A stretch of DNA of 64,000 nt, from contig JBMDXB010000082.1 of the NCBI GenBank assembly GCA_048594885.1, forward strand, positions 18,237-82,236. The letters run 5' to 3'. Every line of letters starts with the position of its first letter. Within the stretch, counting starts at the first letter, position 1. This document shows positions 29,716 to 40,561 of this stretch, piece after piece. The stretch is from Vicinamibacterales bacterium. Lineage in GTDB: Bacteria; Acidobacteriota; Vicinamibacteria; Vicinamibacterales; 2-12-FULL-66-21. The position numbers and the translations under genes were made by a program. The notes under the pieces are model-generated. The model saw only the letters and a program-made list of their open reading frames with translations, did no database searches and was not told the DNA's origin.

Positions 29716-30840
29716 GTGCGCCTCCAGGATCTTCGAACTCCAGCCGTCCTGGTCGAACAGTCACGCGTCGAGCGCAACGTCGCCCGCATGCAGGAGGCGG
29801 CGACCGCGCGCGGCATGCGTCTGCGCCCGCACGCCAAGACCCATAAGAGCGTCGCGCTGGCGCGGATGCAGATCGGCCGCGGCGCAGGTGGCATCTGCTG
29901 CGCGAAGCTCGGCGAGGCCGAAGTGTTCGCCGACGCCGGCATCGAGGACATCCGCCTCCCCTATCCGCTCAATCCCGCCAACGCGGACCGTGTGCTCGCG
30001 CTGCTCGATCGCACGCACCTGTCGTTCATCATCGACGACCTCGACGTGGCGCGCGGCTGGTCGGACGTCATGCGTGAGGCCCAGCGTGACGTGGACGTCT
30101 TGGTCAAAGTCGACGTCGGTCTACACCGCTGCGGCATCGATCCGGACGCTCCGGGCGCGGCGGAGCTCGTCGCGCGCGTCGCGGAGCTGCCGGGGCTGCG
30201 ATTCCGCGGCCTCTTGAGCCACGCCGGACACAGCTACGGCGCGACGTCGGATGCGGAAACGGAAGCGATAGCCATCGCGGAGGCACGGCTGCTTCGCGAT
30301 CTCGCCGCCGAGGTGACTCGGCGCGGTGCTCCCGTTGACGAAATCAGCGTCGGCGCGACGCCGACCGCGCGTTACAGCCTGCAGCAGGACGGCATCACCG
30401 AGCTGCGCCCGGGCAACTACGTCTACTACGACCGCACGCAGGTCGCGCTCGGCTCCGCCACATGGTCCGACTGCGCGCTCACCGTCCTCGCTCGCGTCGT
30501 CAGCCGCCCGGCCGCCGATCGCGTCATCTTCGACTCGGGCAGCAAGACGCTCACCAACGATCTGGCGCGCGGCGCAGGCGACGTTGCCGGCCATGGCGCC
30601 GTCATGCAGGCGATCGACAGCGACGCGCCGGACACGTCGCTGCTGATCGAGCGGCTGTCAGAGGAGCACGCCGCGGTGCGCGTGCGCCAGGGCGAGTGCT
30701 CGCTGCGCATCGGCGACCTCGTGCGCATCGTGCCGAACCATTCGTGCGTCGTGTCGAATCTCGTCGACGACGTGTGGCTGGTGGACGGCGAGACGGTCGT
30801 CGATCGGATGGAAGTTTCGGCGCGCGGCCGAATCACGTAG
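29716..30840 (+). CDS. PLP fold-III D-threonine aldolase / D-serine dehydratase-like enzyme
   Basis: LRPHAKTHK (PLP Lys), HRCG, RPGNYVYYD, LSEEH and PNHSC motifs; GTG start inferred. Confidence 0.88.
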   Translation: MRLQDLRTPAVLVEQSRVERNVARMQEAATARGMRLRPHAKTHKSVALARMQIGRGAGGICCAKLGEAEVFADAGIEDIRLPYPLNPANADRVLALLDRTHLSFIIDDLDVARGWSDVMREAQRDVDVLVKVDVGLHRCGIDPDAPGAAELVARVAELPGLRFRGLLSHAGHSYGATSDAETEAIAIAEARLLRDLAAEVTRRGAPVDEISVGATPTARYSLQQDGITELRPGNYVYYDRTQVALGSATWSDCALTVLARVVSRPAADRVIFDSGSKTLTNDLARGAGDVAGHGAVMQAIDSDAPDTSLLIERLSEEHAAVRVRQGECSLRIGDLVRIVPNHSCVVSNLVDDVWLVDGETVVDRMEVSARGRIT

Positions 30841-30928
30841 TAGACTGTGCGAGCGTAGTGGAGCGGGCGACGACGCGCCCGCGTAACGGAGTGAGCTTGG
30901 CGGGGCGCAGGCGTCCGCCGTTCAAACA

Positions 30929-31219
30929 ATGATGGCCAGGGAACTGCCGGGTGAAGCGCTCGGCCTCGTCGAAACGCGGGGTCTCGTCGGCATGATCGAA
31001 GCGGCTGACGCGATGGTCAAGGCGGCGAACGTCGTGTTCGTCGGCTGGCAGAAAGTCGATGCCGGACTGGTCACGGCGATCGTGCGCGGCGATGTCGCGT
31101 CGGTGAAGGCAGCGACGGACGCAGGGGCCGCGGCAGCGCGGCGCGTCGGAGAGCTCGTCGGCGTTCACGTCATTCCGCGACCGGCCGACGGCCTCGACAA
31201 GATCTTCCCTATCGGCTGA
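30929..31219 (+). CDS. Bacterial microcompartment hexameric shell protein (BMC-H, PduA/EutM-like)
   Basis: [35 protein letters not shown] and HVIPRP motifs. Confidence 0.95.
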   Translation: MMARELPGEALGLVETRGLVGMIEAADAMVKAANVVFVGWQKVDAGLVTAIVRGDVASVKAATDAGAAAARRVGELVGVHVIPRPADGLDKIFPIG

Positions 31220-31694
31220 CCGCCGGTTTCTTCCTCACACTTTTTCGTTTCGCCGTTCGCGCCCGCGCGCTCAGCGCGCGAAGCTCCGGCAAATCGCCGA
31301 CCACGAGCAGCGCCTGATCGGGATCGCGGAGGAGATTGAACAGCTCGCCGGAGGTGGTGCGCGCGAAGATCTCGCGGCCGTCGGTGAGGAGCGTCAAAGA
31401 GCCGGCTCCGCCGATGGCGTCGAACAGGCGCATGCCGAAGCGTTCGCGCAGCGTCTCGAGAAGCTGGCGGATGCGGCCGACCGACAGACCGTGGCGGCGC
31501 AGGTCGGCGAGCACCATCAATTCCAGCAGATCGACCGGCGTGTAGCGGCGTTCGGTGAAGCCGCCCGCTGCCGTGCGTTTCGGCGCGATGGCGGGCGTGA
31601 ACAGCCGGCGCGAATCCCACCACTGAAGCTGGCGCGCCGTCAGCCCGGTCAGGGCGGCGACCTCACGGGCGCTGTAGGTGTTTTTCAGCTGCAT
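31209..31694 (-). CDS. MerR-type HTH transcriptional regulator
   Basis: [21 protein letters not shown] and RRYT motifs. Confidence 0.82.
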   Translation of the reverse strand: MQLKNTYSAREVAALTGLTARQLQWWDSRRLFTPAIAPKRTAAGGFTERRYTPVDLLELMVLADLRRHGLSVGRIRQLLETLRERFGMRLFDAIGGAGSLTLLTDGREIFARTTSGELFNLLRDPDQALLVVGDLPELRALSARARTAKRKSVRKKPAVSR

Positions 31695-31950
31695 GCGCGC
31701 CCGCGAAATCCTTGTCCGTCAAGCCGCCTTCGCTATGCGTGCTGTAGGTCAGCGTCACCCGCCGGTAATTGATGAGCACGTCCGGATGATGATCCGCCGC
31801 TTCGGCCTCGAACGCCAGCCGCACCAGAAAGGCGACGGCGTCGGGGAAATCGTTGAAGGTGAACTGTTTCCGGATCGCGTCTCCGGCGAGCTCCCACCCC
31901 GGCAGTTTCTGCAATCGGCCCTGCACGTCATCCGCTGCAAGTCTTGCCAT
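31663..31950 (-). CDS. phhB: Pterin-4-alpha-carbinolamine dehydratase
   Basis: AEAADHHPD and STHSEGGLTDKD motifs; start at ATG 31950. Confidence 0.88.
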   Translation of the reverse strand: MARLAADDVQGRLQKLPGWELAGDAIRKQFTFNDFPDAVAFLVRLAFEAEAADHHPDVLINYRRVTLTYSTHSEGGLTDKDFAGAHAAEKHLQRP

Positions 31951-32008
31951 GTCTATAGGATACGCCAGCTGTGGAACCTCTGGGTTGGTTTCGGCGTCAA
32001 ACGCTGTT

Positions 32009-32036
32009 AGTCTGTTGAACACTGTTCAATCAGACT
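32009..32036. promoter_or_regulatory. Palindromic operator, probably bound by the adjacent TetR
   Basis: AGTCTG-TTGAACA-C-TGTTCAA-T-CAGACT just upstream of the tetR RBS. Confidence 0.7.
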
Positions 32037-32050
32037 TCCAGGAGGCAGCG

Positions 32051-32695
32051 GTGGGCGTCAAGGAACGGCACGAGCGCGAGCGCGAGGCGATGACCAGAAC
32101 GATTCTGGACGCCGCGCGCGAGCTGTTCGTCGCGGAGGGGTATCACAACGTCACGATTCGCAAGCTCGCCGAGCGGATCGAGTACAGCCCCGCCGCCATC
32201 TACAGCTACTTTCCCAGTAAGGATGACATCTTCCTCGCGCTCGCCGAAGAAGGATTCCGAATCCTGTTCAATGCGGCGCACTGCCAGCGCACGGCCGTGA
32301 GCCGCATCGATGCGATTCGCTCGATGTTCTGGTGCATCTACGAGTTCAGCAAGTCACACCCCGAGTACTACGCGCTGATGTTCGTCGATCGCACGGTGCC
32401 GCTCATCAGCCAGGACTGGCAGCGGTTCGGCTTCGTCCGCGAGATGAAGGCAAACGTTGCCGCGTTCATCCAGCAAGCCATCGACGCCGGCGACTTTCCG
32501 CCCGATACCGATCCGAACACCGTCTTCCATTGCCTGATGGCGCCAATCCAGGGCATCGCCATCGCCAACCTGTGCCAGCGTCTCGTGCCCGGCGAAAGCG
32601 CAGACACGATTGCGCGCGACGTGCTCGAAGCCGCGCTGACCGGACTGCGCACCGGGTTTCCGCGTACGTCAAATCATCCCGTCTGCTGTGAGTGA
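32051..32695 (+). CDS. TetR/AcrR family regulator
   Basis: ILDAARELF..TIRKLAERIEYSPAAIYSYFPSK; GGAGG before GTG 32051. Confidence 0.92.
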   Translation: MGVKERHEREREAMTRTILDAARELFVAEGYHNVTIRKLAERIEYSPAAIYSYFPSKDDIFLALAEEGFRILFNAAHCQRTAVSRIDAIRSMFWCIYEFSKSHPEYYALMFVDRTVPLISQDWQRFGFVREMKANVAAFIQQAIDAGDFPPDTDPNTVFHCLMAPIQGIAIANLCQRLVPGESADTIARDVLEAALTGLRTGFPRTSNHPVCCE

Positions 32696-33885
32696 GGATT
32701 CAAATGAAGGCCGCCCTCGTCATCGTTGCCAGTTCATTCCTGGTATCCGCCTGCTCGACCCCGAACGCCACCGTGAGCGCGGCGGCGGCGCCCGAGCCGC
32801 TTGCCGTCACGACCGCCGTCGTCGAGAGCAGGACCATCGATCGGTTCCTTCGCGTGTCGGGCTCGCTTGCCGCCGACGAACAGGCCGAAGTCAGCGCCGA
32901 AGTGGGCGGCGCGGTCGTCGGCACGCCCGTCGAGCGCGGCACACGCGTCTCGCGTGGCGCGGCGCTCGTCACACTCTCCGCATCCGAAGCCGCGGCGCAG
33001 TTGCAGGAAGCCGACGCGAACGCCGCTCAAATCGAAGCGCGGCTCGGACTCACGCCGGGGCAGCCGTTCGACGTGCGCATGGTCCCCGACGTCATGAACG
33101 CGAAAGCGGCGCTCGATCTCGCCGACGCGGAATTCGCGCGCATCAAGTCGCTGCTCGATCAGAAGGTCGTGTCGCAGAGTGAGTACGACCAGCGCCGGAT
33201 GCAGGTCGAAGCGGCGCGGCAGCAGTACCGCATGGCGCAGAACGGCGCCGAGCAGTCGTTCCGCGCGCTGCAGGCGGCGCGCGCGCGTGTGGCGCTCGCG
33301 CGCAAGGCCACCTCGGACACCGTCGTTCGCGCGCCGTTCGACGGCATCGTCGCGGAGCGTCTCGTCGGCGTCGGCGACTACGTGTCGCGCGGCACGCGTG
33401 TCGCGACGGTGGTGCGCATCCATCCGATGCGCGTCGAGCTGACCGTGCCGGAGCAGTGGGTGCCGCTGATTCAGGTCGGCCAGGACGTCCGGCTCACGGT
33501 CGACGCGTGGCCGGGGCAGGAGTTCACGGCGCGTGTCCGCTACGTCTCTCCATCGCTGCGCGCCGATCAACGCGCGCTGACCGTCGAGGCGCTGGCTCCG
33601 AATCCGGATGGACGCCTGAAGCCGGGACTCTTCGCAACCGCCGCCATCCGTCAGCAGGCGCAGGCGCCCGCGCTGCTCGTGCCGGCGACGGCGGTGGAGA
33701 CGACCGCCGGCACCAGCCGGGTTTATGTTGTCGTCGGCGGACAGAAGGCCGAAGAGCGCATCGTCACGGTGGGCGAGAAGGTTGACGACCGTCTCGAGAT
33801 CACGAGCGGTCTGTCGAGCGACGACGTGGTCATTGCGCAGCCGAACGGGAAGATTGCCGACGGCGCAGCCGTGAAGGTGGGCTAG
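32692..33885 (+). CDS. RND efflux periplasmic adaptor (MFP), lipoprotein
   Basis: VSAC lipobox; VRAPFDG and LKPGLFA motifs. The start may be ATG 32704. Confidence 0.92.
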   Translation: MRIQMKAALVIVASSFLVSACSTPNATVSAAAAPEPLAVTTAVVESRTIDRFLRVSGSLAADEQAEVSAEVGGAVVGTPVERGTRVSRGAALVTLSASEAAAQLQEADANAAQIEARLGLTPGQPFDVRMVPDVMNAKAALDLADAEFARIKSLLDQKVVSQSEYDQRRMQVEAARQQYRMAQNGAEQSFRALQAARARVALARKATSDTVVRAPFDGIVAERLVGVGDYVSRGTRVATVVRIHPMRVELTVPEQWVPLIQVGQDVRLTVDAWPGQEFTARVRYVSPSLRADQRALTVEALAPNPDGRLKPGLFATAAIRQQAQAPALLVPATAVETTAGTSRVYVVVGGQKAEERIVTVGEKVDDRLEITSGLSSDDVVIAQPNGKIADGAAVKVG

Positions 33886-33887
33886 CC

Positions 33888-36800
33888 ATGCAGTGGCTGT
33901 CAGCAATTGCGGTACGCCGGCCGGTCTTCGCCAGCGTCCTGATTCTCACGCTCACGGTGATCGGCGCCGTCGCGTTCACGCGCCTCGGCATCGATCGCTT
34001 CCCGAAGGTCGACTTCCCCACCGTCGTCGTCATGACGCAATTGCCGGGCGCCGCGCCCGAGGAAGTCGAGACCGAGATCACCGACAAGATCGAAGAGGCG
34101 GTGAACACGATCAGCGGGATCGACGAGCTGCGGTCGACGTCGAGCGAAGGGTTCTCCCTCGTCATCGTCTCGTTTCTGCTCGAAAAGGATGCCGACGTCG
34201 CCGCGCAGGAAGTCCGCGACCGCGTCAACCGCGTGCTGCCGTTGCTGCCGCGGACCGTCATCCAGCCGACGGTCGAGAAGTTCGACCCTGATGGCGCACC
34301 GGTTCTCACAGTGTCGGTGTCGGCGAAGAAGCCGATCCGCGACATCACGGAATACGCCGAGAAGACGCTGCGCCGTCAGCTCGAGAGCATCGCCGGCGTC
34401 GGGCAGGTCACCGTCGTCGGCGGACGTGAGCGCCAGGTCAACATCTGGCTCGACGCTGCACGCCTGCGCGCCTACAACCTGACGGTCACGGAGGTCGCGC
34501 GCGCGCTGCAGTTGCAGAATGCCGAGATTCCCGGCGGCCGTGTGGAGCAAGGCGCCACGGCGCTCACCCTTCGCACGCGCGGCCGGGTCGAGTCTGTCGC
34601 CGACTTCGGCAACATCGTCGTGAGCCAGAGGGGCACGCACTCGATCAGGCTGGGAGACGTCGGCCGCATCGAGGACGGCATGGCGCGAGCGGAAAGCGCG
34701 TCGAACCTGAACGGCGAGGCCGCGGTCCTGCTGATGGTGCGACGCCAGTCAGGCACGAACACCGTCCAGGTCGTCGACGCGGTTCGCGAACGCCTGGAAG
34801 AGCTCCGGCCGCTCGTGCCGGCCGGCTACGACATTCGCGTCGTTCGCGACATGTCGGAGTTCATCCGCGCGTCGATTACGAGCGTCAACGAGCACCTCGT
34901 CGTCGGCTCATTCCTCGCGGCAGCGGTCGTCCTCGTCTTCCTCTGGAACTGGCGGTCGACGATCATCGCCGCGATCGCGATCCCCACGTCCATCATCGCG
35001 ACGTTCGGACTCATCTGGCAGCAGGGCTTCACGCTCAACTCGATGACGATGTTGGCGCTGACGTTGGCTGTCGGGATCGTGATCGACGATGCGATCGTCG
35101 TATTGGAGAACATCTACCGGTTCGTCGAGGAGAAGGGGCGCACGCCGATGGAGGCGGCGGTCGAGGCGACGCGCGAAGTCGGGCTCGCCGTGCTGGCGAC
35201 CACGCTGTCGCTTGTCGCCATCTTCGTGCCCGTCGCCTTCATGGGAGGCATCGTCGGACGCTTCATGACGAGCTTCGGTCTGACGATGACCTTCTCGGTA
35301 CTGGTATCGATGCTGGTGAGCTTCACGCTGACGCCGATGCTCGCGGCGCGCTGGATTCGCACGAAACCTCGAGAAGGAACGGCCTCAGGACACGGCTCGA
35401 AGGATTCGGCGGTTTTTCGGCCGCTCGATCGCCGGTACACGTCGATTCTGCGCTGGGCGCTCGGTCATCGGACGGCGATCGTCGGCCTGGCGGTACTGGT
35501 CCTGCTGAGCAGCGTGCCGCTGTTCATCGTGGCCAAGAAGAACTTCCTGCCCGACGATGACATGTCCGAGTTCGAGGTCGGCCTTCGGGCGTCTGAAGGC
35601 ACGAGTCTCGAGGCGACGGAACTGATCGCGAACCGGATTGCGGCGCGGATTCGACAGATCCCCGACGTCGCGTATACGCTCGTGTCGATAGCCGACGATC
35701 CGAGCCGCACGTCGAACCTCGGCTCCGTGTACGTGCGCCTGAAGCCGCTCGGCGAGCGACAACGCGACCAGTTCCGCGTGATGAACGACGTGCGTGAGCT
35801 GCCGGAGCTCAACACGCGCGATCTGCGCGTCGGTGTGCGGCCGGTGGCGATGTTCGGCGGCGGCGGCAATCAGAATGCGGAGATCCAGTTCACAATAAGC
35901 GGACCGGATCTGAAGGCGCTCGAGCGGTACGGTCAGGCCGTGGCCGAAGCCGCACGGAAGGAGCCGGGCGTCGTCGACGTCGATACCTCGATGAACGTCG
36001 GCAAGCCGGAAGTCTCTGTTCACATCGATCGATTGAAGGCTGCCGACCTCGGCGTCCAGATCTCTGACGCGGCCGAGGCGTTGCGCCTGCTGGTGGGAGG
36101 CGACCAGGTGACGACCTACAACGAAGGCGGCGAGCAGTACGAGGTGCACGTTCGCGCCGTGCAGACGGACCGCGAGTCGCTGCAGGCGATCGGCCAGCTG
36201 ACGGTGCCGTCGGCGCGCATCGGCAGCGTGCCGCTCGAGAACCTCGCGCAGCTCACGCCCGGATCGGCGCCGGCGGAAATCAACCGCCTGAACCGGCAGC
36301 GGCAGGTCACGGTCTTTGCGGGCCTGATGCCTGGCGTCTCGCAAACCCCCGCGATGGCGGCCATTCAGAACGCGGCGGAATCGCTGAAGATGGGGCCGGG
36401 CTACGGCATGCGCTTCGCGGGACGGTCGAAGGAGCTCGGGCGCGCGGCGGAGAACTTCCTGCTCGCATTCGTGCTGTCGCTCGTCTTCATGTATCTGATT
36501 CTCGCGGCGCAGTTCGAGTCGTGGCTGCATCCGATCACGATCCTGCTGTCGCTGCCGCTGACGCTGCCGTTTGCGCTGCTGTCCATCATCATTACCGGGC
36601 AGTCGCTGAACATCTTCTCGGCGCTGGGACTACTCGTGCTGTTCGGCGTCGTCAAGAAGAACTCGATCCTGCAGATCGATCACGCCAACCAGCTCAGGGA
36701 GCGCGGCATGGATCGCGACGAGGCGGTCCTGCAGGCGAGCCGCGACCGGCTGCGGCCCATTCTGATGACGACGTTCGCGTTCGTCGCCGGGATGGTGCCG

Positions 36801-38531
36801 CTGGTGCTCTCGAGCGGGGCGGGTGCGGCCACGAACCGCGCGATTGGATTCGTCATTATCGGAGGGCAATCACTCGTGCTGCTGCTCACGCTTGTCGTTA
36901 CTCCCGTTGCCTACTCGCTGTTCGACGATCTGTCGCGCGTCCGGTTGTGGCGCTGGGGCCGAGCCACCGGCGCGGTGACGGCCACGGCATCGCTGCTGGT
37001 GCTTGCGCTGCTGCTGCCGGCGCCGGCCGGCGCGCAGACGGCGCCGCCGTCGATCCAGCAGCCTGCGGCGCCCGAACAGCTGCTGCGGCTGTCGCGCGAC
37101 GAGGCGGTGCGGATGGCCGTCGACAACAACCCGGAGCTCGCCGTCGTCCGCTTCGAGCCCGCGGCCAACGATGCACGCGTCGCGGCGGCGCGCGCGGTCT
37201 TCGTGCCGACGTTCTCGTCGTCGGTGCTGCGCAACCGAGACGTCGCGCCGTCTGCGAACCTGTTTGGCGGCGATCGATCGACTGAGACCGCGTTCTGGTC
37301 GGGGACGGCCGGACTCGCGCAGCAGCTCCCGCGGTACGGAACGTCCTACGACGTGTCGTACACGACCGCCCGCACCACGACGACGAGCCCGTTCACAAGC
37401 TTCCTGCCGTCGCTGACGTCGTCGATGCAGGCGGTCGTCTCGCAGCCGCTGATGCGGAACTTCAGGATCGACTTCGCGCGCGCGCAGCTCGATCTGACGC
37501 GCCGCAATCGCGAGATCGCGGACGTGCAGGTGCGCGATCGCGCGGCGCAGGTCGTGGCGTCGGCCGAAGCGGCGTATTGGGCGCTCGTCTCGGCGCGGGC
37601 CGCGGTGGCCGTGCAGCAGCGATCGCTCGATCTCGCGCTGGAGCTCGAACGGACGAATCGCGCGCGCGTCGACGTCGGCCAGTCGCCGCCGCTCGATCTC
37701 GTCGCCGCACGCGCGGAAGTGGCGCAACGGCGCGAGAGCCTGATCGTCGCGCGCACGCAGGTGCTGCAGGCGGAGGATCAGTTGCGGACGCTCGTCATCG
37801 ATCCGAAGCGCGACGACTACTGGCGTATCCGCGTCGAACCCGCCGATTTGACGCCGGCGATGGCGCCGCTGCCGGACGTCGATGGCGCCGTGCGACGCGC
37901 GCTCGAGCAGCGCGCGGATCTCATCACCGCGCGCAAGCAGATCCAGAACGCCGACACGAGCGTGGAGCTCGCCAAGAATCAGACGATGCCGGACTTGCGG
38001 GCGCAGGCAACGTATCTGACGCGAGGCCAGGGTGGATCGCGGCTGATTCGCGAAGGCGGGTTCCCCGGAACGATCATCGGCTCGCAGGACACGTCGTTGG
38101 CGTCGGTCATCGGCCAGGTCCTGACGTCGGATTTCCCGACGTGGAGCGTCGGCCTGTCGCTGTCGTATCCGATTGGCAACAGCGTCGAGGAGGCGAACCT
38201 GGCACGTGCGCGCATCGAGCGCGACCAGGCGGCTGCGCGCGTCAGGAGCCTGGAGCTGGAGATCGTCCGCCAGGTGCGCGAAGCGGCGTTGCGGCTGGAG
38301 CAGAATCGCCAGCGCATCGAGACGGCACGGCTTGGCCGCGAGCTCGCCGAGCAGCGGGTCGACGCCGAGCAGAAGCGGTTCGAGGTGGGGATGTCGACGA
38401 GCTTTCTGGTGATCCAGGCGCAGCGCGACCTGGCGATTGCGCGCGACAACGAGCTGCGCGCGATGCTGGATCACCAGCTGGCGGCCGTCGCGTTCGAGGC
38501 GGTGCAGCAGACCGGCACGCCCATCCGCTGA
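33888..38531 (+). CDS. AcrB-family RND permease fused to a TolC-like outer membrane factor
   Basis: [19 protein letters not shown] and RLRPILMTT in the first ~1015 aa; then a signal-like linker and OEP-like repeats ([18 protein letters not shown]). No stop between the two parts. Confidence 0.9.
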   Translation: MQWLSAIAVRRPVFASVLILTLTVIGAVAFTRLGIDRFPKVDFPTVVVMTQLPGAAPEEVETEITDKIEEAVNTISGIDELRSTSSEGFSLVIVSFLLEKDADVAAQEVRDRVNRVLPLLPRTVIQPTVEKFDPDGAPVLTVSVSAKKPIRDITEYAEKTLRRQLESIAGVGQVTVVGGRERQVNIWLDAARLRAYNLTVTEVARALQLQNAEIPGGRVEQGATALTLRTRGRVESVADFGNIVVSQRGTHSIRLGDVGRIEDGMARAESASNLNGEAAVLLMVRRQSGTNTVQVVDAVRERLEELRPLVPAGYDIRVVRDMSEFIRASITSVNEHLVVGSFLAAAVVLVFLWNWRSTIIAAIAIPTSIIATFGLIWQQGFTLNSMTMLALTLAVGIVIDDAIVVLENIYRFVEEKGRTPMEAAVEATREVGLAVLATTLSLVAIFVPVAFMGGIVGRFMTSFGLTMTFSVLVSMLVSFTLTPMLAARWIRTKPREGTASGHGSKDSAVFRPLDRRYTSILRWALGHRTAIVGLAVLVLLSSVPLFIVAKKNFLPDDDMSEFEVGLRASEGTSLEATELIANRIAARIRQIPDVAYTLVSIADDPSRTSNLGSVYVRLKPLGERQRDQFRVMNDVRELPELNTRDLRVGVRPVAMFGGGGNQNAEIQFTISGPDLKALERYGQAVAEAARKEPGVVDVDTSMNVGKPEVSVHIDRLKAADLGVQISDAAEALRLLVGGDQVTTYNEGGEQYEVHVRAVQTDRESLQAIGQLTVPSARIGSVPLENLAQLTPGSAPAEINRLNRQRQVTVFAGLMPGVSQTPAMAAIQNAAESLKMGPGYGMRFAGRSKELGRAAENFLLAFVLSLVFMYLILAAQFESWLHPITILLSLPLTLPFALLSIIITGQSLNIFSALGLLVLFGVVKKNSILQIDHANQLRERGMDRDEAVLQASRDRLRPILMTTFAFVAGMVPLVLSSGAGAATNRAIGFVIIGGQSLVLLLTLVVTPVAYSLFDDLSRVRLWRWGRATGAVTATASLLVLALLLPAPAGAQTAPPSIQQPAAPEQLLRLSRDEAVRMAVDNNPELAVVRFEPAANDARVAAARAVFVPTFSSSVLRNRDVAPSANLFGGDRSTETAFWSGTAGLAQQLPRYGTSYDVSYTTARTTTTSPFTSFLPSLTSSMQAVVSQPLMRNFRIDFARAQLDLTRRNREIADVQVRDRAAQVVASAEAAYWALVSARAAVAVQQRSLDLALELERTNRARVDVGQSPPLDLVAARAEVAQRRESLIVARTQVLQAEDQLRTLVIDPKRDDYWRIRVEPADLTPAMAPLPDVDGAVRRALEQRADLITARKQIQNADTSVELAKNQTMPDLRAQATYLTRGQGGSRLIREGGFPGTIIGSQDTSLASVIGQVLTSDFPTWSVGLSLSYPIGNSVEEANLARARIERDQAAARVRSLELEIVRQVREAALRLEQNRQRIETARLGRELAEQRVDAEQKRFEVGMSTSFLVIQAQRDLAIARDNELRAMLDHQLAAVAFEAVQQTGTPIR

Positions 38532-38644
38532 AAACCGTGACACTCACCGTTTTTCGATTTACGTAAAACCGTGACACTCACCGTTTCTCGAAACGAGACA
38601 CGGTGGTGTTGCAGAAAGTGCAAACGGTGAGTGTCGCGGTTTTT
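38531..38644. repeat. REP family 2 triplet B
   Basis: Two direct copies and one inverted copy between convergent stop codons. Confidence 0.93.
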
Positions 38645-39749
38645 ATGGGGCGAGCTGGGACAGCAGCGGATCGACGCGGCTCTCGAGAACGGCGTCGGCG
38701 ATGAGCTGCGCCGTGAGCGGCGCGAGCAGGACGCCGTTGCGGTAGTGACCCGTCGCGTAGGCGACGTGCGGCAGATCCGGCGATCGCCCGATCACCGGCA
38801 GTCCGTCCGCGGTGGCCGGCCTGAGCCCCGCGCGCGCCTCGACGAAGGTCGCGCCCCACGCCTCCGGCAGCAGCTCGCAGACGGCGTCGAGTAGATCGCG
38901 CACGCCGGCGGCCGTCGTCCGCTCATCGAACCCGACGTCCTCCACGGTCGCGCCGACAAGGACATGCCCGTCCTCCCAGGGCACGACGTAGCAGTTCGGA
39001 CCCCAGATCACTCGGGACAGCGGCGTCCCCTTCCACGTCATCTTCAACAGCTGTCCTCGGATGGGGGTGATCGCGGCACGGCTCGGCGCTCGGATGTTCA
39101 ACTGAACGTCGGCAAGCCAACTGCCCGTGCACAGAATCACTTCCCCGGCACTCCAAGTCGTCCCATCCTCGGCGACGACGGTGGCGCCCGACGGGTCGGA
39201 GCGGGTTGCCGCAACGCGGTGGCCGGTTTCCAGCTGCGCGCCATGGCGAACGGCTCCCCAGGCGAGCGCGTCGGTCAACGCGCCGGCGGCGACGTAACCG
39301 TGCGTCGGAATCAGCAGCGCGCCTCGCGTCGATGCCGACAGTGCAGGTTCCAGCGCCCGCGCGGCGGGTCCATCAAGCCACTGCGCGGCGCCGGCAGGCT
39401 GGTCCCGTTGCCGCAGCCGCTCCGCCGCGGCATCGTCCGGCGCAACTTCCAGCGTCCCGCAGCGCCTGTATTCGACGGGAAGGCCTGAATCCTCCGACGC
39501 CTTCGCGACGAATGCATCGTAGAGATCCAGCGACCGCGCACCGAGCTCACGCAACAGCGGGTGCCCGTGACCCTCAATGAACGGCGCCAGCACGCCAGCC
39601 GACGCCTGCGTCGCGCCACCTGCCACCGTACGCGCCTCGATGACGCGTACGTTGGTGCCACGCCGTGCGCACTCATGCGCGATCGCGCAGCCGATGATCC
39701 CCGCACCAACGACGATGACGTCTGGTGCCGCCATGACGATCCCCATCAT
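38643..39749 (-). CDS. thiO: Glycine oxidase (ThiO/DAO family)
   Basis: VVGAGIIG, ASAGVL, PIRGQ, AGLRP and GHYRNGVLLAP motifs. The start could be ATG 39734. Confidence 0.82.
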   Translation of the reverse strand: MMGIVMAAPDVIVVGAGIIGCAIAHECARRGTNVRVIEARTVAGGATQASAGVLAPFIEGHGHPLLRELGARSLDLYDAFVAKASEDSGLPVEYRRCGTLEVAPDDAAAERLRQRDQPAGAAQWLDGPAARALEPALSASTRGALLIPTHGYVAAGALTDALAWGAVRHGAQLETGHRVAATRSDPSGATVVAEDGTTWSAGEVILCTGSWLADVQLNIRAPSRAAITPIRGQLLKMTWKGTPLSRVIWGPNCYVVPWEDGHVLVGATVEDVGFDERTTAAGVRDLLDAVCELLPEAWGATFVEARAGLRPATADGLPVIGRSPDLPHVAYATGHYRNGVLLAPLTAQLIADAVLESRVDPLLSQLAP

Positions 39750-39795
39750 AGCTGCGCCGGCGGCACGCGGCTTGTGATCGTAAAGGAGGCTTCAC

Positions 39796-40457
39796 ATGCC
39801 GCGAATCCGCCGCGTCTTTCCGCCCGGGGCTGCCCATCACGTGATCAATCGTGGTAACAAACGGCGAACGATCTTCCAGAAAGATGGTGATTACAAAGCA
39901 TTTCTGCGATTGATGGCGCAGGCGCAACAGCGGTTCCCGTTGAAGATCTTTCGTATTGCCTGATGCCGAACCACTTTCACTTTCAGGTCTGGCCGGCGAA
40001 CGAGGGCGAGGTTCCTGCGTACATGCACTGGCTGATGAATGCGCACGTTCGGCAATATCAGCAGCACTACGAAATCGTCGGCACCGGTCACGTTTACCAG
40101 GGGCGCTACAAGAACTTCGCGATTCAGTCCGACCATCACCTGCTGACGGTGTGGAGATACGTCGAGGCAAATCCGCTTCGGGCATCTCTCGTCCGGCGCG
40201 CCGAACAGTGGCGATGGTCGAGCCTGTCGGAGGACACCACTGTCGATCGTCCGGAGCTGTGCGACGGACCGGTATCGCGGTTTGCGCAGTGGACGGAGTG
40301 GGTCAATGAATCGCTGCCGAAGGAGCAGCTGACGGCGATCAGGTACAGCGTCAGAAAGGGCGCGCCGTTCGGCGACGACGCGTGGACGGCGTCAATGGTG
40401 GAGCAGTACGGCCTCCATTTCACCCAGCGCGGAGGAGGCCGCCCCAAAAAACCGTGA
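39796..40457 (+). pseudogene. Second RAYT-type HUH transposase with a 1-nt frameshift near 39950
   Basis: AGGAGG + ATG 39796 gives MPRIRRV..HHVINRGN..FPLKIF; the next frame gives YCLMPNHFH, GHVYQGRY, YVEANP, WRWSS. Stop lies inside REP triplet C. Confidence 0.88.
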
Positions 40458-40561
40458 CACTCACCGTTTGCAGGAAATGCAACATCTCGGTGTTGCATTT
40501 CGAGAAACGGTGAGTGTCACGGTTTTACGAAATTCGAAAAACGGTGAGTGTCACGGTTTTT
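40446..40561. repeat. REP family 2 triplet C (inverted relative to A and B)
   Basis: Its reverse complement aligns colinearly with triplet B; it supplies the stops of both flanking ORFs. Confidence 0.93.

Noticed and set aside
39761-39776. Sigma54-like motif before RAYT 2 (CGGCACGCGGCTTGTG)
   Set aside because: The -12 element is GT rather than GC, and the implied start would fall on the RBS.
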